The notes beneath the pieces were generated by a model. The model made no database searches, was not told the DNA's origin, and worked only from the letters and a program-made list of their open reading frames with translations. Of a DNA stretch of 49,434 nt, positions 47,159 through 49,434 are shown one piece after another (the stretch's first letter is position 1; each line of letters begins with the position of its first letter). The position numbers and the translations under genes were made by a program. The DNA is from a bacterium (GTDB lineage: Bacteria > UBP18 > UBA7526): positions 203,008 to 252,441 of the forward strand of contig JAUWYL010000001.1 of assembly GCA_030615855.1 (NCBI GenBank). The letters are read 5' to 3'.

Positions 47159-48132
47159 AGGAGAGACTCGTTGAAATAGTAAATAGATTTAACAAAGCAA
47201 AAGTGCTTGTTATCGGAGATGTCATGATGGATGAGTATATCTATGGAGACGTCTCCCGCATCTCTCCTGAGGCTCCGGTACCAGTGGTCAAGGTTATGAA
47301 AGAAACCTTCATCCCCGGAGGAGCAGCAAATGTGGTGAGGAATATAAATTCCTTAGGAGGGAAGGTCTACCTGGTAGGAACTATAGGAAATGATCCCTTG
47401 GGAAAGAGACTGAAGAAGACCTTGACTAAGACCGGGGCAAGCACTCAAGGACTGATCATCGATAGGTCGCGCCCCACTACCCAGAAGACAAGGATCATCG
47501 CCCATAGCCAGCAGGTGGTGCGTATCGATAAAGAGAGGACAGAATCCGTTGCTTCTCAGGTAAGAAAAAAACTCATAAGTGCCCTTGAGAGATTCATCAA
47601 TCGGGCGGACATCGTTATCGTGTCTGACTATGGTAAGGGAATAATTACTTCTTCGACCCTTAAGGGAATCTTCTCTCTGGCAAGTAAGCATAAAAAGAGG
47701 GTGGTCATCGATCCCAAAGTGGGTCACTTCAAGAACTATCGGGGAGCTACCATCCTTACCCCCAACAAGAATGAGGCACGTGTCGCCTTGGGAGGGGTTC
47801 TGACCGCTAAGGAGAGTATTCATTCTATAGGCAAGAGGCTTTTGGAAGGATTGAATCTTAAGGCCCTGCTCATCACTAAAGGAGCAGAAGGGATGTCTCT
47901 CTTCCAAAAAGATGAAAAAGTTATCGATATCCCTACTGTTGCTCAAGAGATATATGATGTTACTGGAGCTGGGGATACAGTGGCTGCTGTCCTCGCTTTA
48001 GGCCTTGCCGTGGGGGCAGATTTTCTATCCAGTGCCCGGATTGCCAACTTTGCTGCGGGAATAGTGGTAAGAGAGATAGGGGCAGCCACAGCTACTAAGA
48101 AAGAGCTTTTAAAAAGAATAAGAAGCGGATGA
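47155..48132 (+). CDS. hldA: D-glycero-beta-D-manno-heptose-7-phosphate kinase (HldE N-half, RfaE1)
   Basis: RISPEAPVPV, GGAANV, SDYGKG, TPNKNEA, DVTGAGDTV. Confidence 0.94.
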   Translation: MKERLVEIVNRFNKAKVLVIGDVMMDEYIYGDVSRISPEAPVPVVKVMKETFIPGGAANVVRNINSLGGKVYLVGTIGNDPLGKRLKKTLTKTGASTQGLIIDRSRPTTQKTRIIAHSQQVVRIDKERTESVASQVRKKLISALERFINRADIVIVSDYGKGIITSSTLKGIFSLASKHKKRVVIDPKVGHFKNYRGATILTPNKNEARVALGGVLTAKESIHSIGKRLLEGLNLKALLITKGAEGMSLFQKDEKVIDIPTVAQEIYDVTGAGDTVAAVLALGLAVGADFLSSARIANFAAGIVVREIGAATATKKELLKRIRSG

Positions 48133-48602
48133 GCAAGCTAAAGACATTAGATGAATTAATAAAAATAGTTGAGGGGCTGAAGAAAGAGGGCAAAAAGATC
48201 GTCTTCACCAACGGCTGCTTCGATCTCTTACACCTTGGCCACATAAGATATCTAAAAGAGGCGAAGAAGCTGGGCGACATCTTGATCATTGGTCTGAATA
48301 GCGATACATCGGTGAGATCCTTAAAAGGTCCTAATCGCCCTTTGGTTAAAGAGGAGGATAGGGCAGAGATTTTAAGCGCTTTAGAAGCCGTAGATTACAT
48401 TGTAATCTTTAACGAACTGACTCCCAAGAATTTAATTGACAAAATCATTCCCAATGTCTTGGCTAAGGGTGGGGACTGGAGAGAAGAAGAGGTAGTGGGA
48501 AGGGATACGGTAGAAGCCCATGGGGGAAAAGTAATTATCATCCCGGAGGTCAAGGGCTATTCAACGAGCGCCCTCATCAATAAAATAAGATTCCAGGGAT
48601 GA
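48129..48602 (+). CDS. hldC: D-glycero-beta-D-manno-heptose 1-phosphate adenylyltransferase (RfaE2)
   Basis: FTNGCFDLLHLGH, GLNSDTSVRSLKGPNRP, KGGDW, STS. Confidence 0.95.
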   Translation: MSKLKTLDELIKIVEGLKKEGKKIVFTNGCFDLLHLGHIRYLKEAKKLGDILIIGLNSDTSVRSLKGPNRPLVKEEDRAEILSALEAVDYIVIFNELTPKNLIDKIIPNVLAKGGDWREEEVVGRDTVEAHGGKVIIIPEVKGYSTSALINKIRFQG

Positions 48603-48615
48603 GCAGGAAGAATAA

Positions 48616-48780
48616 CGGTTACTACGTCCCGATATATCGGGACTGTTACTATCGGTTACTACATCCGCCTAAAGTCGGATTGTTACTATCAGTTGCTTTT
48701 GTAACCATTAGTAACCGTTAGTAACCCCTGCCTGCTGAAGCCTTGGCGTAGGCAGGCTTTAGTAACTGTTAGTAACTATC
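48616..48780. repeat. 10-mer palindromic element (CGGTTACTAT / TAGTAACCGT) with three GC hairpin inserts
   Basis: Hairpins at 48626-48643, 48663-48680 and 48727-48756 interrupt the gttact/agtaac periodicity. Confidence 0.8.
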
Positions 48781-48799
48781 TTTTTAGAAGGAGAAATTT

Positions 48800-49434
48800 T
48801 TGAGAGTAATTGGTGTCATTCCCGCAAGGTATGGCTCAACGAGATTTCCTGGGAAGCCCTTAGCAGATATCTTAGGAAAGCCCATGATCCAGCATGTCTG
48901 GGAGAGGGCATCTCAGGCAAAGACTTTAGGAAAGGTGATTATTGCTACAGATGACGAACGTATCCTGAAAAAAGCAAAAGGGTTCGGGGCAGAAGCAGTC
49001 TTGACTTCTCCTTCCTTGTCTTCTGGAACAGAGAGGGTGGCAGAGGTGGCAAAAGGTTTAGATGTTGAGATTGTGGCTAATATCCAGGGAGATGAGCCAT
49101 TACTCAAGGCAGGAGCCATTGACGAAACCGTCAAGTCCCTAATCGACAATCCCGAAATTCCTATAGCCACCTTAGCCTATAAAACGACTAAGAAGGAGGA
49201 GATAGAAGACCCCAATGTGGTTAAGGTAGTCTTCGATAAGGATAATTTCGCCCTCTATTTCTCGCGCTCCTTGATCCCTTATTCAAAAGGATGCTTCTTA
49301 CCGTTTTACAAACACATTGGTCTCTACATCTATAGAAAAGAGTTTCTAGCGAAACTCGTTCAATTAGAGCCAAGTCCTTTAGAAAAAATAGAGGGCCTGG
49401 AACAGTTGCGCGTTCTGGAGAGTGGATATAGAAT
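48800..49434 (+). CDS. kdsB: 3-deoxy-manno-octulosonate cytidylyltransferase (CMP-Kdo synthetase), runs off the window end
   Basis: Not in ORF track; translated by hand from TTG 48800: IPARYGSTRFPGKPL, SGTERV, NIQGDEP, ALYFSR, HIGLY, LEQLRVLE. Confidence 0.95.
   Translation, partial: MRVIGVIPARYGSTRFPGKPLADILGKPMIQHVWERASQAKTLGKVIIATDDERILKKAKGFGAEAVLTSPSLSSGTERVAEVAKGLDVEIVANIQGDEPLLKAGAIDETVKSLIDNPEIPIATLAYKTTKKEEIEDPNVVKVVFDKDNFALYFSRSLIPYSKGCFLPFYKHIGLYIYRKEFLAKLVQLEPSPLEKIEGLEQLRVLESGYR

Overview
Bacterial chromosomal window, almost entirely + strand, from a diderm (LPS-making) organism that I cannot place taxonomically. 1-23.8 kb is housekeeping: proS, rimP-nusA-infB-DUF503-rbfA-nrnA-truB-ribF, rpsO-pnp, uppP, DUF2007, ftsK, rodZ, a membrane protein, pgsA-pgpA-cinA-thpR, a TPR protein and recA. 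24 kb to the end is an LPS/surface-glycan cluster: an epimerase, many GT4s, GT2, GT9, an ArnT/PMT-like transferase, a deacetylase, methyltransferases, a DegT aminotransferase, gmhB, a split DUF4254, waaC, DUF3108, gmhA, hldA, hldC and a truncated kdsB. I see no tRNA, rRNA, CRISPR array or transposase. The most unusual content is non-coding. (i) A miniature TIR element family (YCCCGTTAGA...TCTAACGGGR, 4-bp TRAA direct repeat) rebuilds start codons at two sites and inserts in frame (+24 aa) at a third. (ii) Two tandem 82-nt units with compensatory stem changes sit at the -10 box of the rpsO promoter. (iii) A 138-bp multi-hairpin repeat is present twice. (iv) Degenerate 7/8/10-mer palindromic elements fill most intergenic gaps, recur as dispersed copies, nest inside one another, carry short GC-rich hairpin modules and often supply the upstream gene's stop codon. 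All alignments and counts were done by eye.
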